Below, one piece after another: positions 12,786-25,719 of a stretch of DNA of 64,000 nt (its first letter is position 1; the number at the start of each line of letters is the position of its first letter). The notes beneath the pieces were generated by a model. The model was not told the DNA's origin, did no database searches, and saw only the letters and a program-made list of their open reading frames with translations. The DNA comes from Octopus sinensis (lineage: Eukaryota): the NCBI RefSeq assembly GCF_006345805.1, contig NC_043001.1, forward strand, positions 6,324,001 through 6,388,000. The letters run 5' to 3'. Made by a program: the position numbers and the translations under genes.

Positions 12786-13189
12786 TGTTCATGTTTCAGC
12801 ACACGCTCTCAGATCAGGATACTTTCTATGCATGTACATATCCGTAATATATAGTATGTATAACATATGATATTTCGCGTGTATTTCTGTATTAATAGCC
12901 TATATAAATACGCATATATTGACTTGAGATGGAAGATGACATGTCTTTGCTCCCGTTCATGATGTCACCTATGATTATATAAAGCGTGATCTCATGAAAA
13001 AGAATGAACATTTGGATATATGGACACAATTTCCTGTTATTGTCTTATCTTGTACCGCTGCTTCCCCGGAGAATGTTTATTTGTTTAAAAACTGGAAAAG
13101 ACGTCACATAATGAAATACTTTATATGAACAAAAATGAGATACGTTAATATTGTATACAACTGATACGCTAATATTGATATACGCTTCT

Positions 13190-13608
13190 CCCGCATGTCC
13201 GACACTCGCATCCCAAAACAGCTCTACGGTGAACTCGGCCAGGGCAAACGCAAAATCGAAGGGCAGAAGAAGCGCTTCAAGGACAGTCTCAAAGTCTCTC
13301 TCAAAGACTTCTCCATCGGCACAGAGACTTGGGAGACACTTGCTGCCGACCGCTCATCCTGGCGCAGCGCAATCACCACAGGAGCAAAGACATCCGAGGA
13401 GAGACGGATTCAGTCAGCAGAACAGAAACGCCAGATGCGGAAAGCCAGAGCCACCTGCACCAATAGCACAGCCCCTACCCACTTCTGCCCCACCTGTGGG
13501 AGGGGCTTTCTTGCCCGGATTGGCCTCACCAGCCACCTCCGGTCTCATAGCAGCAATTCCACCAAATGATGTCAATGGTCATCTTCGAACCCGAAGGACG
13601 AACATTAT
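13190..13608 (+). mobile_element. 5'-truncated RTE (BovB-like) LINE 3' end with C-terminal C2H2 finger
   Basis: ORF 13195-13569: RIPKQLYGEL...KRFKDSLK...DRSSWR...CPTCGRGFLARIGLTSHLRSH; TATACAACTGA repeated at 13154 and 13609 (candidate TSD). Confidence 0.9.
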
Positions 13609-14523
13609 TATACAACTGACATAAGTAAATTTAAACCAGTTTTCAGCTATTTCTTCAAAAACGCGCAACGAATATGAAAGGATACGGGAAACATATTAGA
13701 TAAATGTTTTTACTGATATCTCTCTAAGATGTAATACCATGAGGAATATGAGAGAGGAATCGTGAGGGAGTATGTAAAGAGGGAACAATGATCATCTCTC
13801 ATAGTGAAAAACATGTTCTCACAAAGATATGTCGCTTAAAAATCAGATTTAGGTAAAAATATATTCAAATATAATAATTTTTAAATAATTTAGACAGTTT
13901 AGACTTTAATAAATGCTTTCTTCTAGTAAAAGCTACATATTTCAATCGACTCGGTAACCCAGAATTTTATTTTAGTAGAAATGAGACGTTAGCAAGATCA
14001 GGGGCGAAACAAAAGCAGCCAGTGTGAATATTTGAAATGAAAGCTAAACAGACGGGTTTGTTTTCCAGTAAAAGAAACAAGACATATCATGGTTACTTAC
14101 CTGCCGGAAACAAATCTCTGCATGATCCCAATGTAAAGGAGAAAGCAGGGATACTGATGCAGAACAAAAATGGAAACTCTGAATGCTTTGTAGTTGGGCA
14201 ATTATGTCGTCTGTTGATTGCAGGATAAAGGTCTTCTCTTGTTCTTTTTCTCCAACTCAATTTGTTGCGATGCGTTGTGGCATATTTTACGCCACGCTGA
14301 TCAATCTCCAATATATGCAGTCACCTCGTTTCTGTTCCTTCAAAGTTTGAGATAGACCTCTCTCTAATTCAAAAGTTGAGGTTCACAGAAAGAATTCTAT
14401 AAGTTTGCTGGAACTTTGAGATGGACAAAGATTTCTATATTTTCTCTTCGCTGAACTATTTATAGATAGATTTCTTATTGTTTTGCTAAAACTTTATATC
14501 TTAGCTATCTTCTGACAAGAATG

Positions 14524-14540
14524 ACGATGATGATGATGAT

Positions 14541-14594
<54 letters not shown>

Positions 14595-14745
14595 TAATAA
14601 CAATAATAATCATAATAATAATAATAATAATAATAATAATTAATTATTATTATTATTATTGTTGTTATTATTATTATTATTAATATTATTATTATTATTG
14701 TTATTTTTATTATTATTATTATTATTATTATCATTATTATTACTA
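14524..14745. repeat. (TAA)n then (TTA)n microsatellites in inverted arrangement
   Basis: Strand switch at ~14641. Confidence 0.95.
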
Positions 14746-14975
14746 TATTTGCTTTTTCTGCAAGTGCTCCACCCTTATTATATTTGTTCCACATACTTGT
14801 CGAGATTTTTACTCATTGTTCTCAGGGTTTTGACAATTATTGGTACTACTGCTACCTTTTCATCGAGCACAACTGCTTAAGTTCCCAAGCTAACCTGTCC
14901 CATCTCTCGACTTTACTTTCTTCTTCATCGCATACCTTGTTGTCAAATGGGCAGGCTATATCTATGATCCAGAAT
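14745..14975 (-). mobile_element. R4/Dong-like REL endonuclease 3' end abutting (TAA)n
   Basis: Minus strand WIIDIACPFDNKVCDEEESKVERWDRLAWELKQL...VAVVPIIV...VEHLQK. Confidence 0.8.
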
Positions 14976-14989
14976 AGTTCCAACGCTGG

Positions 14990-16375
14990 AGATGTACTAC
15001 AGTGTCACCTCATCACTACCAGCAGTTTAATGCATTGATCAATGGAGAAGATGAAATGCCTGGCTGGTTGACAAAAGGACGAACAATATTGTGTCCGAAG
15101 GATGCATGAAAGGGAAATGCTACTACAGATCTATTTCTGATTCCAATTAATGTGGAAGTTATTGTCAAGAGGAATTGCAGAAGAAATGTATAAATTCCTG
15201 AATGAGAACTATATATCAACACCCGAACAAAAAGGCTGTAGAAGAAGATGCAGATGTATAAAAGATAAATTATTGATAGACAAAATGGTAATGCATGGTT
15301 GTAAACGAAGGAGAACAAATTTCGGAATGGTCTGATTTGAATATCGCCAAGCTTTTGATTTGATTCCATATGCGTGGATCCTATGATCGAACTAATATCT
15401 CTTTATATAAGAACTGTTTTGAATTGCAAGGAATGTATCGTGTTTCCTGAAGAGAAGCATGGTGGAATAGAAAACGTAACTGACATCTTAAGGAAAAGCC
15501 TGGGACAACCTGGGAATCAGAAAAGGGGTTTTCCAGGGAGATTGCTTATCTCAATTACTTTTTGTTCACTGCATGATATCCCTGATTTTCGTATTAAGGA
15601 AAATGAACCTGGTGTACCAGCTAAAGGGAAAATCTCAAACAATCAAACACCTTCTCTTCATGGATGATTTGAAACTCTACGGCAAGGATGAGAAAGACGT
15701 GAATTCCTTGGGAAATAAAATCCACTATTTTAGTGCTGATATTAGGAGGGAATTCGGACTCAAAGTGTGTGGAATAATCTACCTAAAAAGGTGCGAGGTA
15801 CAGTCCCTAACAGGAAAGGAACTACCGAATAGAGAATTGATTTAACAAATTGAACGGAATGCTGCAAGAACCGTGGTGTACTAGAGTTAGCAGAGATAAT
15901 GGGGAAAGAAATGAAAGAGCAACTGAGTATGGAATATTTCCAAAGATATAGGTTAGTGTTACACTCAAAATTGACCGGATGGAATAAAATGCAAGATGGT
16001 AATACATGGGTGATAGCATGGACAAAAAGACAAGAAAGAAGGTGACAGAAGGCGCAGCTTTCCACACTAAGAGTGACACCGATATAATGTCCTTGTCCAG
16101 AAGAAAGGTTGGGAGGCGTTCGATCAGTTGCCAGGGCTGTAGAAAAGCAGAAGAAAACAGCTTAGGGTGGTATGTAAAATGTACCGTGGATCCATTCTTG
16201 AAACACACGAAGAAGTTTGTCGTCATCAGAACTGAGAATTGTGTAATGAAAGAAAAATTTAAAGAAGAAATGATCACAAAGATAGAAACAACATGGAAAG
16301 AGAAAAATGCATGGAAAATTTGCAAGCGATTCAAATGCCAAGACAGATAAAGGAGACTGGGGGCTATGGATTTCA
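14990..16375 (+). pseudogene. Decayed R4/Dong-like reverse transcriptase region
   Basis: [23 protein letters not shown]...[35 protein letters not shown]; multiple stops and frameshifts. Confidence 0.9.
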
Positions 16376-16384
16376 ATCAGTTCT

Positions 16385-16593
16385 GGTTGTTGTTTTTATT
16401 GTTGTTGTTGTTGTTGTTGTTGTTGCTCTTCTTCTTCTTCTTCTTCTTCTTCTTCTTCTTCTTCTTCTTCTTCTTCTTCTTCTTCTTCTTCTTCTTCTTC
16501 TTCTAGATTGATAGATAGAAAGTTATATAGATAGATAGATAGTTATTTAGATTGTTAGTTAGTTAGTTAGATAGATATATAGATAGATAGATC

Positions 16594-16629
<36 letters not shown>

Positions 16630-16658
16630 TATCGATAAATTGATAGATAGATAGATAA

Positions 16659-16754
<96 letters not shown>

Positions 16755-16765
16755 CAGATAGATAT
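16385..16765. repeat. (GTT)n/(CTT)n then (GATA)n microsatellites
   Basis: Directly visible. Confidence 0.97.
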
Positions 16766-17816
16766 AGTGATGTTCACGGGTGGCGTTGTCTGTTAGTTCT
16801 CTACTTTGAAACTTTGCCATATTGGCTGGCACATTACACAGTAAATACACCAATCAATGTGTTTCTATAAAATCTAGTGAAGCATCTTGCGAACATTTCC
16901 ATATAAAACGTCATCCGAATAACAAATATATTGTGAATTGTCTCCATTTAGTAACATATTGTCTCTGAAAAGAAATTATATTTGTGAGGACAGGATGGTT
17001 GGATTCAGCCATGTGTATGATGCCATTATTTCGATACGTCATGAACAGTAAGTTTATCTGCTATTATACGTTTGTATAAACTGAAATAGTCATCTGTTTG
17101 CCAAAGGCAATGTTAAATTTAACAAATATGATAAAAACAAAGCGATGACAAGATGGAATACAGAGAATTGCTCCATTTTCATTCTCTATCTACTTGGAAG
17201 CGATTTGAATAGCGAGGAAAAATCCGGAATTTTAAAATGTGCTTCATGTAAGGATATATTTCATAAAAATGTTCATAAACAAATGAGCACAAAAAGTAAA
17301 AATAAAATAAAATAAAATAAAATAAAATAAACTGAATGAAATATATTAACATCACATAGAAATGATAAAAATATAAACATGTTCATATTATATGCAGTTC
17401 AGAATTTATTTTAATATAGCAATGTTACTGGAAAGTTATAATTCATAAATCCATTCCCATTTTAGATCGGAAGGAAGTTGATAAAGAAATTATCGAACAA
17501 ATTCAATTGATATAAAGAGACACAAGGGATTTCTTCATTACAAGTATATTTAATATTTCGAATCTAATGAAATTATATATTGAGTCTACTTATATATAAG
17601 GATATTAGTTAGAATTTTAATATATTGATACGTAAAAACAATATGCGACTGCATAAAGTGTGCTTTATCAATGGCGTATAGTGTGTGTGAACATAAAGTA
17701 AGAAGATATAGGAGTGTAGTAAGAAGGATTTGTGTAAACATCGCATTGGCATATAATCTCTCTTATTCTTACATACATACACACACACACGCACACACAC
17801 ATATATATATACATAC

Positions 17817-17854
<38 letters not shown>

Positions 17855-18750
17855 TATATATATTATATATATATATACATATACACACATACAAATATAT
17901 CTACGTTAGGATGCATCCTCACACTCACATACATATATATGCATGTAATGAAGGTATGTATGTATATAATATTGGGAATTTGATAGGAATCGATAGAATT
18001 TGATTTTGATCATATATAGATATTTATCGTATGAAATTATGATATCTAAAATAAATAAGGAAAATATTAATGAATATAAATAAGGAGATATATAAATAAG
18101 GAAACATAGGAATTGCTAAGGAAATTGAAACATGTCCATAAGTGGAATCAAAGGAATTACGATGAAGGAAGGAATATTTAAAAAAAAAAGGTAGGAATGT
18201 ATAAATTTGGTTTTGTAGCATCAAGAGATGAGAAAATATGACATTCTAACCTGGTGAAAAAAAAAAACAGATCAGAGATATTTGATCGGAATAAATTGAA
18301 ATACATCGACTTTAAATGAAAGAAAATACAATATCAGAAGTAATTTACCAAACTTAGGTAACGCCTACACATAAATAATCATATTGCGATTTGTTAATAA
18401 GAAGCAGGCGCATGCGTATTCTTGAGTCTACAAGCTATGTTATGAGTGTGACGTGTATGAGTGAGTGTATACACACATACACACACACAAAAACACACAT
18501 ATATTCATGTATATATATATATATATATACATATATACATGTATATGCATTAACATGCACACGCACATATATATGTATACACATAATATACACGTACCCA
18601 TTCATACACGTATACACACACCCATCTATACAATTACTTATGAAAAACAGTCCCTACGCACGCAGTGCAAATCAATTTGAATTTCGGTGTATTATGTCTA
18701 TGTCTCTCCTATTACGAGAGAATTTCTTTGCTTATTACAATAAACAAGGG

Positions 18751-18864
18751 CCATCCCTCTCGTGCAGTTACATCGATCCTGGAGTGGCTTGTCTGAAGGA
18801 AAACAACAACGTTGAACCTGTGGAGCGGGCCCTTACATGAAGTAATTGCATGAGATGGGAACGG
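18751..18864. repeat. Small element with ~27-bp imperfect inverted ends
   Basis: CCATCCCTCTCGTGCAGTTACATC versus GAAGTAATTGCATGAGATGGGAACGG. Confidence 0.5.
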
Positions 18865-18929
<65 letters not shown>

Positions 18930-19071
18930 TTACCTATTTATATATATATATATACCTATTATATATTATATATTATATATATATATTCATATATATATAT
19001 ATACTTATATATATATATGTATATATACATACATATTTATATTTAAATATACGCCTGTATATGTATTTATG

Positions 19072-19108
<37 letters not shown>

Positions 19109-20238
19109 ATACATATATATATTCACATATCTATGTGTGTGTGTGTATACATATCAATGTGTGTATGTGTTTGTGTCTGTGCTTGTCATTCCCCCACTCT
19201 TATAACTGCTTGGTTGCCGGTGTTGTTGTGTTGAAGCTCCCGTATCCTTAGCGGTTCGGCAAAGCGATCGCTAGACTATATATTACGTTTAAGAAAAGTG
19301 TCGTCTGAAAGAAGTAGAAGAAGAAATGAAAATCACGTTACTAATTTAATATATATATTATAGAAATGAAATGTGTTTACGTAAGTAATGGTAATTGAGG
19401 TTCAATTATTTCTATTATCTGAAATTATTGAAGTTTAGGTTAAGTACTATACTAAAATTACAAAAATATTATGTATGTATTTTGTATGACTCAACTTCCT
19501 ATCAGCAAAATAATTCCGCCTTATAGAACTGTGCGATGAACGTCTACAAGTGAACAGTTGTGAGAAATTTATAAAGCCTGAATATTACTAATTATACGTT
19601 GGAAGAGCTAAGTTTATTTCAGTTACCATCTTAAAGTGTGGAGGAAGAACAGGTAACAAACGTAGTTTTTCTTGAACCTTGACAAAGACACAAAATGGCG
19701 ACAGTTAATCCCATTCAAAATTATGATTAATTTCCTTGCAATAAAGTGTTGTTTAGCATTATTTATAGTAGGTAGGTTATATACATACAAATATGTTTGT
19801 CTTGTAATATAATTTAAAATTGTATTAATTTTAAAGAAAGCTGTAAAATTTGCAAATAAAGGAGGAAAGATTATAGAAAACACCTGGGAAACGAAGTTGT
19901 TAATATATTATGTTTCGTTGATGTGTGAAGTTATTTATTATTCAGCGTTAATTCTGAAAATCCGTATCAGGTGTTGAAGAATACTTCCATTACCTTGGCA
20001 ACTACACAGAATTTCAAATACAGAACTGTATTAAGCGTATTGATATACAAATTCGATTTTAATATGATAATAAAAAGGAACATAGGTGTCAAATTATTAT
20101 GCATATCTAATGGCTCCGACTTTGGAAATAATGCATATCGATCATAGCACAAGACATATGTAATTCGATTTTCATATTTAACGTTAAATGTATATGCATA
20201 CGTAGTTATATACTTACATATCTCTGTGCTGTGCTTGT

Positions 20239-20295
<57 letters not shown>

Positions 20296-20301
20296 GTATA
20301 A

Positions 20302-20893
20302 TTATTCTCGAGATTTCTCAAAAGTAGCTGTCTTCTCATACACAAGCCTTCTCCACCTGCTACGGTCAATAAATATGCCCTCCAATGTTTCAGGAGAGAT
20401 GCTTGCATCGCTTAAGGAAGCCGTCAGAAATTCTTCATACCACTTTTTTGGGGTGGGTTTATGTGGAGATCGATCTCCTTTCGTTAACTCTCCATAAAAG
20501 AGTTGTTTTAGCATCCTTGAATCTTTCATCCTGACCAGATGACCACTCTATCTGAGCTTTTGCTTAAACAAAAGGGTTTCTATACTTCCACACCGAGAGC
20601 TTTCCAATACCTCAAGAATTCTGATGCGGTTCACCCACTTAATGGCATAGATCCGGCTGAGACACATCTTATGGAAACGTTCCAGTTGCTTAAGGTGGTA
20701 TCGATATTTAATATTAGTTGGTTTGCTGCAAAAGCAAAGGTACTTACCTCCAGCATAAGCGACATTTTGTATGCAGAAGATTGTGATCTATTAGCACACA
20801 CATAGATTGATATGCAATACATTTTGAATGCATTCTTTGATGCTTGTACTGCATAAGGATTGACAGTCAGGCTCAAGGAACCTGCTGTCATGT
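20302..20893. mobile_element. Decayed RTE LINE with inverted 5' part
   Basis: Minus 20302-20692: LERFHKMCLSRI...GHLVRMKDSRMLKQLFYGEL...DRSRWR; plus 20693-20893: ISDILYAEDCDLLAH (LYADD motif). Confidence 0.8.
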
Positions 20894-20943
20894 ATCGATA
20901 TATATATTTATATATGTATGTATTAATATCATACAAATAATTA

Positions 20944-21188
20944 TTGGCTTTCAAGTGTGAGATTTTCTCCACGCGTATTTTTTTCGAAATTCTGGTACAT
21001 GATATTTGGATCTCCTTGTCATAAGCATGAGTGGCTGTGCAGTATGTAGATTCCTTACTAACCACATAGTTACAGGTTCAGTCCCACTGCATAGAAACTT
21101 GGGTAAGTGTTGTATTGCTACAGCAAACCCAAACCTTTGATTGGATTTGGTAGGCGGAAATTGAAAGACGCGCGTTGTATGTATACAT

Positions 21189-21262
<74 letters not shown>

Positions 21263-21536
21263 ATATGTATATATGTATGTATGTATGTATATGTATATAT
21301 ACAACGCGCGTCTTTCAATTTCCGCCTACCAAATCCAATCAAAAGTTTGGGTTAGCTGTAGCAAACAACACTTGCCCAAGTTTCTATGCTGTGGGACTGA
21401 ACCTGTAACTATGTGGTTAGTAAGGAATCTACATACCGCACAACCACTCATGCTTATGACAAGGAGATCCAAATATCATGTACCAGAATTTCGACAAAAA
21501 TACGCGTGGAGAAAATCTCACACTTTAAAGCCAATA
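20944..21536. repeat. ~240-bp inverted repeat (unique flank plus SINE1 5' half) around a TA/TATG tract
   Basis: 20944-21185 is a close reverse complement of 21297-21536. Confidence 0.92.
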
Positions 21537-21637
21537 GTGGTTTTATCTCTAATTTAATATATAATATTTTACTATAAAATTGGATTCAATCCTAAATCTG
21601 ATTTTTCCCTGTAAGTTTGGATTTATTCCCTAATATT

Positions 21638-21685
<48 letters not shown>

Positions 21686-22020
21686 ATGTATGTATATAAT
21701 AAAATATTAGGTAATAAATCCAAACTTAGAGGAAAAATCAGATTTAGGATTGAATCCAATTTTATAGTAAAATATTATATTATATTAAATTAGAGATAAA
21801 ACCACTATTAGGCAAATCAAACAATGAAAAACTTAAGCCAATACATAAAATTAATTAATTTATATTATTTTAAATATATATCAAAAGTATTAAAAGTTTA
21901 ATAAAAGATAATGAGCAAAACACTACGATCGTTTCATGGCTGTCCAATCCGTAATAATTCGAGTTATGGTTACAGTCAATCTTCAGGTAATTGAAATATT
22001 TATCTTAGCGAGGTTTAGCA
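21533..22020. mobile_element. Tail-to-tail pair of family B elements meeting at (TA)n
   Basis: 21533-21643 is the reverse complement of 21697-21810; both match 4760-4875. Confidence 0.85.
21918..21992 (-). ncRNA. Type I hammerhead ribozyme, second family B copy
   Basis: Minus strand UAC-CUGAAGA-UUGACUGU...ACAGCCAU-GAAA-CGAUCG-UA-GUG. Confidence 0.7.
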
Positions 22021-22023
22021 ATA

Positions 22024-22073
<50 letters not shown>

Positions 22074-22080
22074 ATATATA

Positions 22081-22113
<33 letters not shown>

Positions 22114-22612
22114 GTGTGTGTGTGTGTGTGGTGTATATATATGTAGATATGTGTATGTATATATATATACACACACACACATATATGTTCGTATATCTGT
22201 GTTTGTTCCCGCACCATTGCCTGACAACCGATCTTAGTGTGTTTATGTCCTCGTAAATTAGCGGTTCGACAAAAGTACCTAACAAAATAGGTACTACGCT
22301 TGCAAAGAAGAACTCCTGACGACGAACCGTTCGACTAAAGCGGTGATCCATCATGGCGACAGTAAGTGAATAAAACAATACATGCTTAATGTAGTTCACT
22401 GCGAGATGACGATGAAATTCACATAACATGTAGCAGAATTTCGAGAAATACAGAGAATTAGACAACATAAGTTGGCATGGAGAAAATCCCGCCGTTTAAA
22501 TAAAGCCAACAAGTTTTGTACGAAATTAATATACATCTATACATACACAAACACACAAACACACACATGCACACACACTTACACACACTCACACGCTCAC
22601 ACACACACATAT

Positions 22613-23026
22613 ACTCTTTTACTCTTTTACTCTTTTACTTGTTTCAGTCATTTGACTGCGGCAATGCTGGAGCACCGCCTTTAATCGAGCAACTCGACCC
22701 CGGGACTTATTCTTTTGTAAGCCCAGTACTTATTCTATCGGTCGCTTTTGCCGAACCGCTAAGTAACGGGGACATAGGCATTCCAGCATCGGTTGTCAAG
22801 CAATGCTGGGGGGACATATACAGACATACAAACACACACACGCACATATATATATACGTATATACGACGGGCTTCTTTCAGTTTCCGTCTACCAAATCCA
22901 CTCACAAGGCTTTGGTCGGCCCGAGGCTATAGTAGAAGACACTTGCCCAAGGTGCCACGCATTGGACTGAAGCCGGAACCATGTGGTTGGTAAACAAGCT
23001 ACTTACCACACAGCCACTCCTGTGCC
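22613..23026 (-). mobile_element. Full-length SINE family 1
   Basis: Colinear with 35409-35812, including the (TAAAAGAG)n tail. Confidence 0.92.
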
Positions 23027-23032
23027 TATATG

Positions 23033-23545
23033 TCTATATATATAAAACTGTAGTTGTGTGAGTGTCTGTCCCCTTCGATTTAGATTCCTAACTACTCCCA
23101 CATTTTGCGGTGCAGTTTAACCAAATTCGGGTATCTTATAGTCGTGATTCATATCAAGCCCGTCTGAGTATTAGCGCGCGTCTATGATGAGTCTACGATT
23201 TTAAAAATAATTTAATATCATTTTTTATTCCATTTTAATGCATAATTTTTCGTGTGTCGATGGCGGCGGAGTTGGCGTCAATGGTCACACCTGCACCTGT
23301 TTTCTTCTCCCTCTTCTTCCCTCCCTCGGGAAGCTGTGGAGAAGGGAGTGTAAGGAAATCAACGTCGTAAAGCGTTGTCAAGGAAACCAGCGTTCTTTTA
23401 GAACAACGACTTCATGGCTTGAAGACACCAAAACAGAAATGGCTAAGAAAGCCCGAATTGGCATATATAAGGGAAGTAACTCTCTAAAAATGCTTATATA
23501 GTTATTTCCCTTACAAACCCGAGCAACGCCGGGCGATACTGCTAG
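23033..23545 (+). mobile_element. Non-autonomous Helitron
   Basis: Starts TCTATATATATAAAACTG; ends with hairpin CCCGAGCAACGCCGGG, then CTAG followed by T. Confidence 0.8.
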
Positions 23546-23876
23546 TATATATATATATATAATATCATTGAAATAAAGATTTCCGAAAATAAATTGTAAC
23601 ACGTCTTCAAGGTGATTCAAAATTTGTTTAATCCAAAGTGAACATAGGAATGATTTCTAGTACGCAAAGGCAGTACTAGAAATATTTCCTTGGTTCATTT
23701 TGGATTTAGTTAATTTTGGATAACCTTGAAAGCATTAGGTTAACATTTATTTTCGGAAAATTTAATTACAATATTTTTTATATATCTAAATACGCTAATA
23801 CAACAGAAACAATTGTTGGCTTTGTAAGATGAATTCTAAAATTTAAAATTTGACTTCTCGCTCTCTCTATCACTCT

Positions 23877-23915
<39 letters not shown>

Positions 23916-23918
<3 letters not shown>

Positions 23919-24249
23919 CAGATTTACAGAAAACAAAAGACGAAGGCAGGTGTAAGAACAATCAGTTGTATTAGTTCAACGCTCGGGGGCACAATATGTA
24001 TATAGGTATATGCGTGTGAGTTTGTATATGTCATGTAGCAGAATGATTTTAAATGCATTCTTCTACTCAATCATGTTTAAAAATATATACACACACACAT
24101 GCATACAATCACACACAGACATACAATCACACACATACACACAAACTCACACGCAGATACGTGCATGGATATTCTTCCCCGAGCGTTAAACCAACACACC
24201 TGCTTGTTCCTTCACCTGCCTTCGTCTTTTGTTTTCTGTAAATCTGAAC
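23916..24249. repeat. TA-flanked fold-back with ~60-110-bp arms
   Basis: GTTCAGATTTACAGAAAACAAAAGACGAAGGCAGGTG at the left end and its exact reverse complement at the right end. Confidence 0.88.
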
Positions 24250-24250
24250 G

Positions 24251-24308
<58 letters not shown>

Positions 24309-24335
24309 TACATATGCGTGTGTATGTATGTGTAT

Positions 24336-24381
<46 letters not shown>

Positions 24382-24604
24382 TATATATATACATATATAT
24401 ATGTATATATATATACATACATATATATATGTATATATATATACCTATATATATATATACATACATACATACATATGTGTGTGTGTTAATTTCACACAAA
24501 CAACTGTTGGCTTTATAAGGTGTGATTTTCTGTTTACATATTTTTGTTGTGTAAAACTTTCAATTTCTCGAAATTCTGCTACGTGATATTTGGATTTCCC
24601 TATA

Positions 24605-24765
24605 GACAGGAGTGGCTGTGTGTTGTGTAGCTTCCTTACCAATCGCCTGATTCCAGCTTCAATCCCACTGCACGGCAACTTGGATGAATGTCTCGTGCTA
24701 TAGCCTCAGGGCAACCAAAGCCTCGTGAGTGGATTTCATAGGTGGAAACTGAAAGAAGCCGATTG
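24605..24765 (+). mobile_element. SINE family 1, 5' half
   Basis: CAGGAGTGGCTGTGTG...TCCCACTGC...GGAAACTGAAAGAAGCC. Confidence 0.8.
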
Positions 24766-24789
24766 TATATATATATATATATATATATA

Positions 24790-25468
24790 CTATTATAGGA
24801 TGAAGCTTTTTTAGAGAGAAAAAATTCCATCAAAAAATGTCGCAGCATATTAAAATACCTTTAAGGTTAACATTATAAACAACTTATAAATAAGGGCTAA
24901 AGAAAATTATTTCAATGCCAATATGCTGATAACAGACTTTTAAATCGTCAATTTCCAGATATTATTTACTCGCTACAGAAAAAAACACGAAGATCTTAAA
25001 TCTGGGAAAGCCGGCCAATAGAATTTTTTTAAAAGTTCGTTATTTCTATATTGAATCAATTTCGGAATTAATCTCATAATAGATTTTTTCCTTTTCAGTA
25101 GAAAATACGAAAGGATATAAATAAGATACTTATATGAGCCCATGGAAAAAAGCCGAAGCAAAAATCACGTGTACATATAAGTACATATAAAATTCTTTGG
25201 TCAGCCTCAGCTCACGTTTGAACTGTTCTCCACTACATATTGGCATTGAAATAATTTTCTTTAGCACTTTTTTATAAGTTGTTTATAATTTTAACCTTAA
25301 AGGTATTTTATAATGTTGCCACATTTTTTTATGGAATTTTTTTCCGTAAAAATCTTCATCTTATAATAGTAGTAGGCTTATTACTACTCGCTGTAGGGAT
25401 TGGTAACCACTATAAGCTGTAGTGGAGAACAGTTCACACGTATGCTGAGGCTGACCAAAGAATTTTAT
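24790..25468. mobile_element. Head-to-head pair of a circularly permuted hammerhead-bearing unit (family C)
   Basis: Interleaved inverted repeats A (24790-24924)/A' (25237-25369) and B (25189-25237)/B' (25419-25468); hammerhead at 25043-25104. Confidence 0.75.
25043..25104 (-). ncRNA. Type I hammerhead ribozyme with G8-to-A change
   Basis: UUUCUA-CUGAAAA-GGAA..AAUCU/AGAUU..UUCC-GAAA-UUG(AUU)CAA-UA-UAGAAA; all three helices pair. Confidence 0.7.
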
Positions 25469-25719
25469 TTTTAGATATATCTGGAGTACTTATATACTTG
25501 CATTTGAATGGACTCTTTATTAATAAACATTATAAATATTCATTCTGCACGGGAAATGAAGCTTTAACTTCTCTAAAATCCCAATGAATGATTAGCTACT
25601 TTCGCCCGGTCAAGTTTTCTCTTGCAGCATCCCTTTCTTACAGTTTACTCTTCACCAATACTAAGCTTCGTCAGGAGATTAGTACCAGCTGATGAAGGAA
25701 ATGGAAGTGTTTGAGGATT

